The notes: generated by a model from the sequence alone, not told the origin. Shown: positions 26,598-38,584, numbered from the whole stretch's first letter. The stretch is 63,744 nucleotides of DNA, filler included, from Octopus bimaculoides (GCF_001194135.2; 7 parts of 6 records of this genome joined end to end with filler, not necessarily neighbours in it); one strand, 5' to 3'. Program-made: numbers and translations.

Positions 26598-26920
26598 CTG
26601 AAAACTACACTCGATGTTGTTGTCATTATTATTATTATTATTATTATTCAGGTCACTACCTGGAATCAAACTCGGAATCTTGGGATTAGTAGTCCACGCT
26701 CTTAACCACTACACGATATGTAGTGGTTAATAATAATAACATCGAAAAATACCTTAGGAATGAGGACCCAGGTTCGAAATTTCCCCAAGACACCTGATGA
26801 AGGCTGGAAGGTATATCAGTCAAAACATTGTGTTAACAACAAACAAGATGAGGACAAATATCCATCAAATGTAAATAATGTAAATAATTCCTCATCTCTT
26901 AAATATAGAACTGTACCCTC
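26598..26920 (+). mobile_element. tRNA-headed non-autonomous element with an inverted head and a decayed hammerhead motif
   Basis: The reverse complement of ~26600-26713 has A-box/B-box-like TAGTGGTTAAG...GAGTTTGATTCC followed by (AAT)n. A 12-bp fold-back lies at 26702-26730. The body holds GACAC-CTGATGA-A-GGCTG-N10-CAGTC-AAAAC-ATT-GTGTT (26789-26834). Confidence 0.6.
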
Positions 26921-27539
26921 ATATATATATGAGTATATACACAATGGGCTTCATTCTGTTTCCATTTACCAAACCCACTCACAAGGCTTTGGTTGGCCCC
27001 AGACTATGGTCCAGGACTATGGCAGAAGGTGCATGCAGTGGGACTGAACTCAAGACCACATGGTAGGGAAGCAACGCTTGCACCTGTGTGCGTGTGTGTG
27101 TGTGCACACATGCACATGTGTATATTTGCATTCTTTTGTGTTGACATTGGTACACCAATTACAGACAATCTTCTATAAAAGTATGTCCATCCACTGAACT
27201 GTTAAAGCGTCAAAGAACAAAGGGAAATATTATCTTTCTTGGAAAACAGGTGAGCATTGGCAACAAGAGCATCCAATCTAAAAAACACAAGCTTCCATAG
27301 ATTTCATCTGACCAATGCAAGCACAGAAAAGTGGACGTTAAAAAGATGATGATAATGTATTGTGTCACAACAGTTTCATATGTGATGACCAGTGGAATAA
27401 AGTACCCTAATTGAAAATAAACAAAGGTATTTAATCCAAGAATATAGCACCCAACCCATGTTAGCATGGATAAAAGCAAACACAGAAATGGTGGTGGTGG
27501 TGGTGCTGACAGCAGCAGTAGATCAAATTTAATACTTAC

Positions 27540-27610
27540 ATAAATATGGCTGACACAACAACTTTACCCGAACTAGACGACCAAAGCTTTTCTGGTTGTG
27601 GTCCTGGAGT
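27540..27610 (-). CDS. SLC30A9: SLC30A9 exon (TPGPQPEKLWSSSSGKVCVSAIF)
   Basis: Acceptor tttcttgtag, donor GTAAGT; resembles human GPGKVVMVAICI at the start of TM1. Confidence 0.85.
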
Positions 27611-28078
27611 CTACAAGAAATCAGTTGATAAACGAATACAAATATTATCAGTCTAAGAACTGAATGGTTGTGATGTCTACCTAATTCATTCCTATCAACT
27701 TCAATACACTTTTGTTACCAAGTTTCTGTTGAAATACACTGATTTGTTGCAATTAATTTTGAAAATCATGAAGATTTCAGTAAAATAATTTTCTTGTTAT
27801 TAAGCTGGTGTTTAAATTTAAAACAGATTCAGATAAGAGTGTCATAGTTTTCTTGAAGCATTGTAGTACAGAAGAAGAAGAAACGAAAAGGGATGTGAGA
27901 AAAGCTTCTAACAATGTAGAGAGGAGAGTTGAAAAACCTTTATACAATTCAGGTGAAAAGCCCCATTTTCAGAAGGATAGAAGTAATATAGACAACTTTC
28001 ATCATCATCATCGAAACAGGAAATTTGTATCATAGAATTAAGGCAAGCTTGAGTAGGTGGGTACCACAAGAGCTTTTC

Positions 28079-28109
<31 letters not shown>

Positions 28110-29117
28110 GGGGGGGCTCCAAAAGGGATATCAAGGAGTAGTGTCCTTGCCTNNNNNNNNNNNNNNNNNNNNNNNNNNNNNNNNNNNNNNNNNNNNNNNN
28201 NNNNNNNNNNNNNNNNNNNNNNNNNNNNNNNNNNNNNNNNNNNNNNNNNNNNNNNNNNNNNNNNNNNNNNNNNNNNNNNNNNNNNNNNNNNNNNNNNNNN
28301 NNNNNNNNNNNNNNNNNNNNNNNNNNNNNNNNNNNNNNNNNNNNNNNNNNNNNNNNNNNNNNNNNNNNNNNNNNNNNNNNNNNNNNNNNNNNNNNNNNNN
28401 NNNNNNNNNNNNNNNNNNNNNNNNNNNNNNNNNNNNNNNNNNNNNNNNNNNNNNNNNNNNNNNNNNNNNNNNNNNNNNNNNNNNNNNNNNNNNNNNNNNN
28501 NNNNNNNNNNNNNNNNNNNNNNNNNNNNNNNNNNNNNNNNNNNNNNNNNNNNNNNNNNNNNNNNNNNNNNNNNNNNNNNNNNNNNNNNNNNNNNNNNNNN
28601 NNNNNNNNNNNNNNNNNNNNNNNNNNNNNNNNNNNNNNNNNNNNNNNNNNNNNNNNNNNNNNNNNNNNNNNNNNNNNNNNNNNNNNNNNNNNNNNNNNNN
28701 NNNNNNNNNNNNNNNNNNNNNNNNNNNNNNNNNNNNNNNNNNNNNNNNNNNNNNNNNNNNNNNNNNNNNNNNNNNNNNNNNNNNNNNNNNNNNNNNNNNN
28801 NNNNNNNNNNNNNNNNNNNNNNNNNNNNNNNNNNNNNNNNNNNNNNNNNNNNNNNNNNNNNNNNNNNNNNNNNNNNNNNNNNNNNNNNNNNNNNNNNNNN
28901 NNNNNNNNNNNNNNNNNNNNNNNNNNNNNNNNNNNNNNNNNNNNNNNNNNNNNNNNNNNNNNNNNNNNNNNNNNNNNNNNNNNNNNNNNNNNNNNNNNNN
29001 NNNNNNNNNNNNNNNNNNNNNNNNNNNNNNNNNNNNNNNNNNNNNNNNNNNNNNNNNNNNNNNNNNNNNNNNNNNNNNNNNNNNNNNNNNNNNNNNNNNN
29101 NNNNNNNNNNNNNNNNN

Positions 29118-29170
29118 TTTTCTGTTTTTCTTTAGTAACATTTGACAAAGAACCCCACTTTTTGATTGCT
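29118..29170 (-). CDS. SLC30A9: SLC30A9 exon, partial (AIKKWGSLSNVTKEKQK), runs into the N gap 28153-29117
   Basis: Acceptor atatttcag; phase 2 matches the previous exon; resembles human SLEVWGSPEALAREKK. Confidence 0.85.
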
Positions 29171-29566
29171 CTGAAATATTTAAACAAAATTTTATTTAAT
29201 TATTATCATTATTATTATTGGGTGAGAGAGCTGTGCATGCCATCAAAGTGACACTGGGGTACAAATATACGAAGCCCAACATACCCATCATGACTACCCA
29301 TCTGATAAGGGTACACCAGGCACATGCATCACAACCATATGTGCACATATTATTATTATTATATGTACCAGCACAGACACACTACCTAAAGTATATACAA
29401 AAAGTGACAGGGTATCTTATATATGGTGATTTAGTGGATGGGTTAGGTAAGCAGTGTTACTTGCGGAAGATTTGACTGCTATTTTTAGCAGGTGTGTTTC
29501 TTCTCTGTAAGCTTCATTATGCCTTTTGTCATAATTTAGTCTAACTAAACAGTAATGGAGCAAACT

Positions 29567-29883
29567 TTAACCCCTTAGCATTCGGGTTATTCTGTCAAAT
29601 GTAATGCATGTTTAGTCATATTTTGAATTAACCATGCATAGCTTTGTAGCTTCAAGATTTCAATGATGTAACTGTTTATTTTTAGAAATGACATTTTAAG
29701 CTAGGTATGAAGAGCCAGATTTGGCCAGTTTGAACTTAAAGGCAGTGGCTCTCATGTCTTCTGATCTTAACTGATTGGAACTGTTATCATGTACATATCT
29801 TGTCTTGGTATAAAAAGATGGGCTACAGCAAATATTCTGCTCAATACCACAGGATTTGGTTGGATATGGCCAGTTTAAATGCT
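29567..29883 (+). mobile_element. piggyBac-like MITE copy with an internal insertion
   Basis: TTAA-CCCCTTAGCATT start; body homologous to 23088-23312. Confidence 0.65.
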
Positions 29884-29885
29884 TG

Positions 29886-29964
<79 letters not shown>

Positions 29965-30424
29965 TAAAACAAGCTACTTTCACTTTCCATCAACCAAATC
30001 CACTCACAAAGCTATGTTCGGCTTAGAGTTATAGCAGAAGACACTCACTCAAGGTGCCACACAGTGGGACAGAACTCAGAAACATGTGATTAAGAAGCAA
30101 ACTTCTTAGCACACAGCCACACCTGAACTTATAATTAGACTTCTCAATTACTTTTCTTATTCCTATATTTTAATTGTGACTATTATTTTGTACTAACTGA
30201 CCCTGTGCCATCAAAAATGACAGCTAATTGTAGTATATTATATATAAGGTGCAAAATAAGATACATAATGTGTGTATGTGTGTGTGTGTGCGTGCGTGCT
30301 TGCGTCCGTGTGTGTGTGTCTATGGAAGTCATCAGGCATGATTTCATGCAATTAATTTGCAGAATAAATTTATAAAACATTTTAGAAAACAAAAAAGAAA
30401 CAGATAGCAAAAAAGGTAACTTAC

Positions 30425-30517
30425 AGCTTCTCAATATCAGACCTTAGAAACATCAAAATCGGCATTTCTCTTCCATATGGACTTCTTCGAGTGTACTTTG
30501 GTAATTGTGTTAAGTCA
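30425..30517 (-). CDS. SLC30A9: SLC30A9 exon (DLTQLPKYTRRSPYGREMPILMFLRSDIEK)
   Basis: Poly-T tract plus cag acceptor, donor GTAAGT; resembles human DLEQLRKIRRRSPH...VYLRSDVEAK. Confidence 0.92.
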
Positions 30518-30669
30518 CTGAGACCAAAAAAAAAAAAATGTTTTTAAAGAAAATTCCAAACCAAAATCTGGTGCTTTTTACGTGCCACCGACACGGAAGC
30601 GAGACCGCTGCTCTGGCAGTGATATAAATAAGAACTTGAACAAGGAAAAAAAAAAAAAACCCAACTTAC

Positions 30670-30769
30670 TTTGGTGATAGAAGAAACTCATTCATGGCTC
30701 TAACAGGTAAGATGAAAACATTCCCCACATAACTGTAATCAATGGATTTTTTCTTCTTTGCTGAGGTAA
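30670..30769 (-). CDS. SLC30A9: SLC30A9 exon (VTSAKKKKSIDYSYVGNVFILPVRAMNEFLLSP)
   Basis: Acceptor ctattttccag, donor GTAAGT; resembles human NNFITGVRAINEFCL. Confidence 0.88.
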
Positions 30770-31410
30770 CTGGAAAATAGAGAAATGTAATCTTTAGACA
30801 ACAGACTAAAGTCTCTTTACTGCAAAAAACAAAGCAGTACCTAGAAAAGGATACAAATTGGTTACAGGAAGAGACCAGATAGGAAGAGAGGTAGGGAAGA
30901 AAAGAGATAGAGAGAAAGTGATGCAGGTAGAGAGAGAGAGTGAGGCAGATGAAGAAAGAGAGAGACAGACAGGAAATGAGACAAANNNNNNNNNNNNNNN
31001 NNNNNNNNNNNNNNNNNNNNNNNNNNNNNNNNNNNNNNNNNNNNNNNNNNNNNNNNNNNNNNNNNNNNNNNNNNNNNNNNNNNNNNNNNNNNNNNNNNNN
31101 NNNNNNNNNNNNNNNNNNNNNNNNNNNNNNNNNNNNNNNNNNNNNNNNNNNNNNNNNNNNNNNNNNNNNNNNNNNNNNNNNNNNNNNNNNNNNNNNNNNN
31201 NNNNNNNNNNNNNNNNNNNNNNNNNNNNNNNNNNNNNNNNNNNNNNNNNNNNNNNNNNNNNNNNNNNNNNNNNNNNNNNNNNNNNNNNNNNNNNNNNNNN
31301 NNNNNNNNNNNNNNNNNNNNNNNNNNNNNNNNNNNNNNNNNNNNNNNNNNNNNNNNNNNNNNNNNNNNNNNNNNNNNNNNNNNNNNNNNNNNNNNNNNNN
31401 NNNNNNNNNN

Positions 31411-31545
31411 AGAGACTAGACAGGGAGAGAGAGAGAGACTAGACAGGAAGAGAGAGAGAGAGAGAGACTAGACAGGAAGAGAGAGAGAGAGAGACTAGAC
31501 AGGGAGAGAGAGAGAGAGAGACTAGACAGGGAGAGAGAGAGAGAG
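31411..31545. repeat. ~26-bp GA-rich minisatellite (GAGACTAGACAGG(G/A)AGAGAGAGAGA)
   Basis: About five visible units next to an N gap. Confidence 0.8.
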
Positions 31546-31697
31546 GAATACTATAAACATACAGTGAACAAGGTAGATGGAGTGAGAGTGTAAAAGAGAG
31601 ACTCAGGGAGGGATAAATGAGGAGCAGACACAGACCTAACAAACATCAGCAATCGTCAAAAATCCAAGCACTTTGAACTTCATAAACTTGGAATTAC

Positions 31698-31880
31698 CTT
31701 TCAAAAGTCTTGAAGGTTTGGCAGCTGGAGTTGCGGGAACAGATTCGGTTGCTTTCTTCTTGGGATCAGTAGGATTTTCGTTAGATACAGATGAAAGACA
31801 TCGGTAAAGCATTAACTGTCTGCCAGCATTCACAAGGAAGTTAGATGGTAACTGGAATATCGTGTCATGTTTTCGACATT
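31698..31880 (-). CDS. SLC30A9: SLC30A9 exon (divergent N-terminal region, CRKHDTIFQLPSN...KPSRLLK)
   Basis: Acceptor ttttcttctccag, donor GTAATT. Open, phase 1 to phase 1, and in frame with the next exon; no conserved motif in this region. Confidence 0.7.
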
Positions 31881-32282
31881 CTGGAGAAGAAAAGCAAATA
31901 TCAGGAAAAATTCTGAACAATGCAAATGCATTACAAGAATGGTGTGTGTGTGTGTGTGTGTGTGTCTGTGTGTGTGTGTGTTATTGTGTCTGGGAGAATC
32001 ATTCTCTTTTAGTGCCATATTTTTTAACACACTCACCGATTCAATTTCCAATCATTTATTTATCTTTTCTAAAAATTTTCGTTGCGTCTTGCAACCTTTT
32101 CAATAGTCGTTGATGAATGTGTGTGTGTGTGTGTGTGTGTTTATTGTTCCAATACAAGTCGGATCAACAAAAAAAAGTACTCCGTCCAGTGAGCAATATC
32201 GTTTAATATACACAGTATTTGAATGTGAGCTGCTAAGAATTTTACGGCATGGAAACACGATAATCTAGCAGATTTATATAAC

Positions 32283-32436
32283 GTGCCTTGCGTTTCCAAG
32301 CAATCCTCCGGGCCCAGTGCCCATGGTAAGTCCTATTTGTTAAAACCAGAAATGCTGGTCTCTAAGAAAACACGAAAATATATAGAGAAAAGGCAAGAAA
32401 GCCAAGAGTTGCGTCCCCTTTGACCCTAGAAGCCAT
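32283..32436 (-). CDS. SLC30A9: Tentative first coding exons of SLC30A9 (32425-32436 and 32283-32361), mitochondrial-presequence-like
   Basis: ATG at 32436 in an attATGG context. A 63-nt intron (weak GTCAAA donor, strong ttttcttag acceptor) gives MASR/RPAFLVLTNRTYHGHWARRIAWKRKA, which is Arg-rich with no acidic residues. It ends in phase 1, as the next exon needs, but the donor GTTATA is weak. Confidence 0.35.
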
Positions 32437-32439
32437 AAT

Positions 32440-32536
32440 TAATCTCTTTGGAGAATTTTCTTCTGACGATTGTGCAATTGTCTCGCAGACTGGCTTTCTC
32501 CTCGTTGAATTATTCTACACTCGCGAGGCTAATTAT
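32440..32536 (-). promoter_or_regulatory. Possible SLC30A9 5'UTR/proximal promoter at the contig edge
   Basis: Locally CpG-rich; palindrome CTCGCGAG at 32520-32527 resembles the TCTCGCGAGA housekeeping-promoter motif; lies directly upstream of the candidate ATG. Confidence 0.35.
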
Positions 32537-32636
32537 NNNNNNNNNNNNNNNNNNNNNNNNNNNNNNNNNNNNNNNNNNNNTTAATTAATTAANNNNNNNN
32601 NNNNNNNNNNNNNNNNNNNNNNNNNNNNNNNNNNNN
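32537..32636. other. Synthetic contig-joining spacer
   Basis: 44 N + TTAATTAATTAA (32581-32592) + 44 N. Confidence 0.97.
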
Positions 32637-32677
<41 letters not shown>

Positions 32678-32773
32678 CACGCACACACTCATACACATAT
32701 ATAAAACCTTTCGCTATGGTCCTTTACTTTCATTTTGTTTTTGTTTCTTGTTTCCCAGTGATCTTTGTCAGCA

Positions 32774-32815
<42 letters not shown>

Positions 32816-33204
32816 ACAAACATATTCTTCATTCTTATCTAACAAACGACCATATATTTTATTGACATGTTTAACAGTAGGCCCTCACTAACCCTCACAA
32901 TTTATTATATTCCTTCCGTCCGTTCATAGATTTTTCCCTCACTGAATAACCCTAACCCTAAACCTAGCCCTAACCACCATCCTTATATCTCTTCACCTCT
33001 CGGCCCCTCATCCGTTTTTCTTAATTTGATATATTTATTATGAAACGAATTCCTAATGTGTTTCGTCCGTATTGAAATTATAGCTGGCATCACTGTCACC
33101 ATCACCATCCCACCATCATCATCCCCACCACCATCATCATGCATATGATCGTGATTATCAACATCAACCTCACAACTTAAACACTCAAACGATAACAGTA
33201 AAAT

Positions 33205-33512
33205 TAACACCACCACCACCACAACTACCACCACCACAACTACCACCACCACCACAACTACCACCACCACCACAACTACCACCACCACCACAACTNNNNN
33301 NNNNNNNNNNNNNNNNNNNNNNNNNNNNNNNNNNNNNNNNNNNNNNNNNNNNNNNNNNNNNNNNNNNNNNNNNNNNNNNNNNNNNNNNNNNNNNNNNNNN
33401 NNNNNNNNNNNNNNNNNNNNNNNNNNNNTACCACCACCACAACTACCACCACCACCACAACTACCACCACCACCACAACTACCACCACCACAACTACCAC
33501 CACCACCACCAT
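33205..33512. repeat. (CCACCACCACAACTA)-type 15/18-bp repeat spanning a gap
   Basis: Visible directly on both sides of the N gap 33296-33428. Confidence 0.85.
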
Positions 33513-35954
33513 CACCACCACTTCTATTAACAGTCACTACAATAGTAACATTTCTAATACCCATCAGGCAAACATCAACTATCAAGCTCATGATGATGAC
33601 GATGACGATGATGATGACGATGACGATGATGATGATGATGATCATCATCATCATCCTTATCATCCTTATCAGCATCGTCATCGTTCTCGTCGTCGGCACG
33701 ATCATCATCAACATTTTCCTCCTGCTCTTCTCTTCCTACCCTTCACCATCATCATTATCATGAGCATCATCATCTTTGTCGTCCTCATCATCGTCATCAT
33801 CGTCGTCCTCCTCTCCTTCCTTCCTCCTCCTCTTCCTCCTCCTCCTCGTCCTCCTCTGCACTTTCATCGTTATCGTTATCGTCTTCGAGGTTGCCATACC
33901 TGTCGTTATAACTAACAGCACCACAGACACCAGCAACATTTCACACTCCAACGGCTACTATCACTGCAACCGCAATTACCACCAACGTAACAACAATCAA
34001 TATGAAAACAGCAACAACATCCACAACAAAAAAATTCTGCAAAAATTACAGCTACGGTCAAAGCTAATTTAATCACAACTACGAACAACACTATATCCAA
34101 CCGCAACAACTCTCACAACAATATCTCAAACCACTGCAAGCACTACAATCACTACCAGTACAACCACCGATACCTCTTAACCTAACAATAATACCGATGC
34201 TGCAGGCATCGCAACTCAAACCACTACAGCAGTGGTAACAATGATAGCGGCTGTAACTAACGAAATCACTGCGATTATACTCTCTACTATAGTCATGAAA
34301 GTGAAAGCAAGTGTCTTTGTGTTTAACGGTTTGGGTTGTTGATCTTGGGTTTTAATGTCCATTAGTAAAATATCTTATTCCACGCTGCATCGGCTTACTG
34401 AGCTGAAAATGAGTAGCAGGAATAATTGATATAGCTCTCTCTATCTCTAGCAGTTATATCTGCTTCTTGCAGGCTCAAGGGTCAAAGAACTGACAGGATG
34501 TTTATTTCTTTTCACAACTACATAGTCATCGAAAACAATTAGTAAAAGCGTGTTGTATGTTACTAAATCATATTCGCTTTCGAGTGACGGCTAAGCTTTT
34601 TAATCTCTATGGACAGTGTCATAAAAATCTCTCTTTTACTATCCTTTTTCCACTCCTGCTCCTACCTCTACACATCCTCACACTCTTCCTTCTATTTCTT
34701 CTTCGAATCAGTATCAACCGTATCTTCTGTTCTACTATCATGCGAAGCTAGCCATAGCAGCCAAATCTTCCCTCAATACCCATTGCGTCGCCGCCGTGAA
34801 AAAATAGATCATGACACGATGAAAAATGACGTCTGGTAAACTACAACGTCTGAGTAAGTGAAATGGCCACGGCTGGAAAACATTTAAATAAAATACAGTT
34901 CAACTAAAGCTCGTCTTTGATCTAACCAAATGCAAATATAACATTATTATCTTCCAAATTATCATCATCATAATCATCATCATCATTAAGATTGTCGTCG
35001 CCGTCACCACCAGTGATACCACTACCACCACCATCACCATCACCATCAGCACTGCCACTGTTGCCCGTGTCAACTTCGTAGAAATATTCTTCAGAAACAT
35101 TTTCTCTTACTGCTTATTCTAAACAAAATGGCGTTAACTTTTACATCCTCTATTGTTGCACGACTAGATGTCGCTGCTGTTGTCTTTGTTTTTGATGTCA
35201 CCATCGTCATTGCTTTAGTTGTTTGTAGTTTCCGTTGTTATTGATTTTGAAAGAGAACAGCTGCCATATTGCTGATCCAAATTATAACTGACTGTTACAT
35301 TGACCTGCAATGTCAGAAGTCTCATTTTTTTTTCATGCTGGTTTTCTATATTACACACACACACACACGCACACACACACACACGCACACACACACACAA
35401 GCACGTACGCACTCGCATGCACATGATCACACGCGCATGCACACACATGCACGCAGACACATGCACACACACATACGCACATATATATATAGACATATCT
35501 ATATACATATAAAATCTTTCTTTTTTGAATATATATATATATACGTAGATATGTATGCTTGTAGGTATGTATGTATATGTGTGTATGTATGTATGTATGT
35601 ATGTATGTACGTATGTATGTACAAGGTGTTGGGGTTAAATTATATAGATAGCACAAAAGGAAAAAAAATGTATTTTAAAAAATCAAAATTATCAACTACA
35701 TTATGGCTGGGAGAAGACAGTTTATTCAAAGCAGCTACCCTCAGCCTCCGCTACGGCTGCAAGACGGCTCCGGAATCTAATGCATTCGTTTCAAACTGTG
35801 TCTTTGGGAAGATCTTCAAGCACCTCCTGGATATTGGCCGCCAGCTATCCTTGTTGATGCAGACAGAAGTAGTGGTGTCTTTTTCAGTCGAACTCTCCTC
35901 ACATCGATTTGGTTTTGCGTCCATTTCTAAGTTAAATATCCTTACTAAAGATAT

Positions 35955-35995
<41 letters not shown>

Positions 35996-36626
35996 GAGGG
36001 AGAGAGAATTGGAGAGGGATAGTTTGGTAAATATGGTAAGGTTAGATAGAAGTAATGAAGGAACGGTCAGTTCATATACCGGTGCACATAGATTTCAAAT
36101 TTTCCTAAGAAATAAAATGAAATGAAATCTGATAGAGTAAAGAAAAATATTTATATGCTATTATATTGAAGAATTACGACAGATTTAAGCATTCTCAAAC
36201 TATAGTCCAGGAGTTCTCAATCATTCTTTATATATGGACCCTTTTGGTTACTATTTTATTCTGGCCCCTCATCTTCTGTGCGGCGCAACCGCCTTTTTTC
36301 ATTTCAAATTGTTTTAAACCCAGTATTTTCCTTGATACGCAAAATGAAATATGAATATATTAAAATTTCCCCACTGACCATGAAGAAAAGAAAAGCCTTA
36401 GCATTAATTGTTAGTAATTCTGAACGACGAAGGAAGATCATTTCAAGAAATTTTGATTTTCACGTGCTTCAAAAAATGAGCAATTTGATCTCTGCTTTGG
36501 AAACGGAAGAAAGACATGGAGAAAATTTGGCCTTCGTTAGACCTCAACAGTATATAGAGAAGTTCACATATACACACATTTTACTCATTTGCTAAACAGT
36601 ATTTTTTATAACTGGAAGTCAGTCAG

Positions 36627-36698
<72 letters not shown>

Positions 36699-37485
36699 GC
36701 TAGCTAGCTATTTAACTATCTACCCATATTCGCATACACATATTATATATACACACATATACAAAGTTAGATAAATAATTAGATACATATAGTATATATA
36801 TGTATATTCATATGTGCATAGATATTATTATATATATATACACACACATACACATACGCGCGCGCTCATATATGTAAATATATAAGTATTATTATAAATA
36901 TAGATGTGTATGCGTGGGTGCATGTGTGTGAACATGCATACTAACACATGCAAGCATACACAAACATATTCATGTTTGTATCAACATTTGACTATGTACA
37001 TGTATACAGAAGCGTATAATCCGACCTGAAAGCATACACACACCCAAATAAACAGAAGACCTGGAACCCGTGTATATCAGTGAAAGGAAGCTTCATATAA
37101 ATATAAAAGCAAAACTCATGAGAATCTTCAATAATCCGAGTTACCCATATAGAACATAGACAAATATATCTTTGTCACGAATGGGGAAGAAATATAGCAA
37201 CATAAACAAAAACAACGACACGATCACACTCGTCGCCACCATCATGGTCGACTTCACCATCTTCAGGAACATTGTTGTTATTTGTTTAATTTCAAAACGG
37301 ATGGCGTTGCTTTTTTTTTTAACATCCTGTAACGTTACAGTGTTATAAATTGTCGGTGTTCTTGTTGGCATTCTTGTTGCTGTTCTTGTTGTCGTTGTTA
37401 GTGAGGCTGAAAGGGAACAGCTGTTAAATTGTTGGTCCAAATCATAATCAACAGTTATAATGACATTTAATGTCAAAATTGCCAT

Positions 37486-37525
<40 letters not shown>

Positions 37526-37613
37526 GCGTGTATCTGTTATATATATTCTTTTATACATGCATATACAGACATTCACATATACACAAAAAGATTCGTTCAC
37601 ACACCCATATTAT

Positions 37614-37656
<43 letters not shown>

Positions 37657-37849
37657 CACACATTTATATATATATATATACATATATACATACATATACA
37701 TGCACATACATACATATATATATATTTCCAAGTAAGTTTATCTTAAAAATTTGATGCGACTCTACCCAGCACTGTTCTCTCTCTCCCCCTTTCGGTTTCT
37801 CTCTACCTTTCTCTAATTCTTTTTTCTTCCCTTCACCGTTTTCTATCTC

Positions 37850-37929
<80 letters not shown>

Positions 37930-38531
37930 TTCCTCCTTTACTCGTTTTCGTTGCTCACACGTGACCATCGTCCATCTTCCTCTTCTTCACGTGATCATCT
38001 TTCTTTTCCTTCAGTCTGTTGCACAGACCAGTCGCATTTTTATCTGTCTCCTCTCTTATCTTTTCTCTTGTCAAAGAATATTCCTCCAGCGTTCGCTCCC
38101 TTACTCGTCTGGCCTATCGTCCCTCCATGTTTGTTTTCGTTTGGTTTGTTGTATGTCTCCCCTGTCCTATTTTTCTTTGACCCTCCGCAAAAATCCCAAA
38201 TTTTATTTTGGTTCGCCGGGGCAACTGTTTTTCGAAACCTCATATTGTCGTTAATTGCTCGAAATATGGAGTAGATGAACAGCTGACAACTGATGAAGGG
38301 TTGTTCTTTATGTTACTTGTCTTGTTTCTCATTTGTTTTTCCCGTTGTTCGCATACCCAAGTTTGCCTTCGTATTTCATGTTTACGTTTTGTGACGTCCT
38401 GTAGCCATATATGTATATATGTATATATATATATGTAAGTACATACATATATGCATGTATACATGCATCTATATATATATATATATACATACATTGACAG
38501 GGGAGATAACCGCCCAAGAAGCGTCTCTAGG

Positions 38532-38584
38532 ATCACTAGACAAGACGAGTTTCGCCTATCGGTCGTAGGCTCGTCAGTAGCGAC
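38532..38584 (-). ncRNA. Type I hammerhead ribozyme with intact catalytic core
   Basis: The minus strand reads GUCGCUA-CUGACGA-GCCUA-CGACCGA-UAGGC-GAAAC-UCGUCUU-GUC-UAGUGAU. This gives a 7-bp stem I, the core CUGANGA, a perfect 5-bp stem II closed by G-C, GAAA, a 2-bp stem III and a GUC cleavage triplet. Confidence 0.88.

Larger units (their letters stand above)
17523..32436 (-). other. SLC30A9: Gene span: zinc transporter 9 (ZnT9, cation diffusion facilitator family), 3'-incomplete
   Basis: A chain of GT-AG exons with compatible phases translates to motifs I recognise from human SLC30A9 (VRAMNEF, RRSPY, LRSDIE, AWLYTGS-SMFSE-IHSLADTVNQ, HPYG, ISSLISGVGIF, LSVYHG-GLLHP, VSEG). I found no downstream exons before the contig edge at 16042. 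Confidence 0.93.

Noticed and set aside
27808-28035. 75-aa plus ORF containing GEKP
   Set aside because: No C2H2 Cys/His spacing around the linker-like motif; it is antisense within an intron and starts at GTG.
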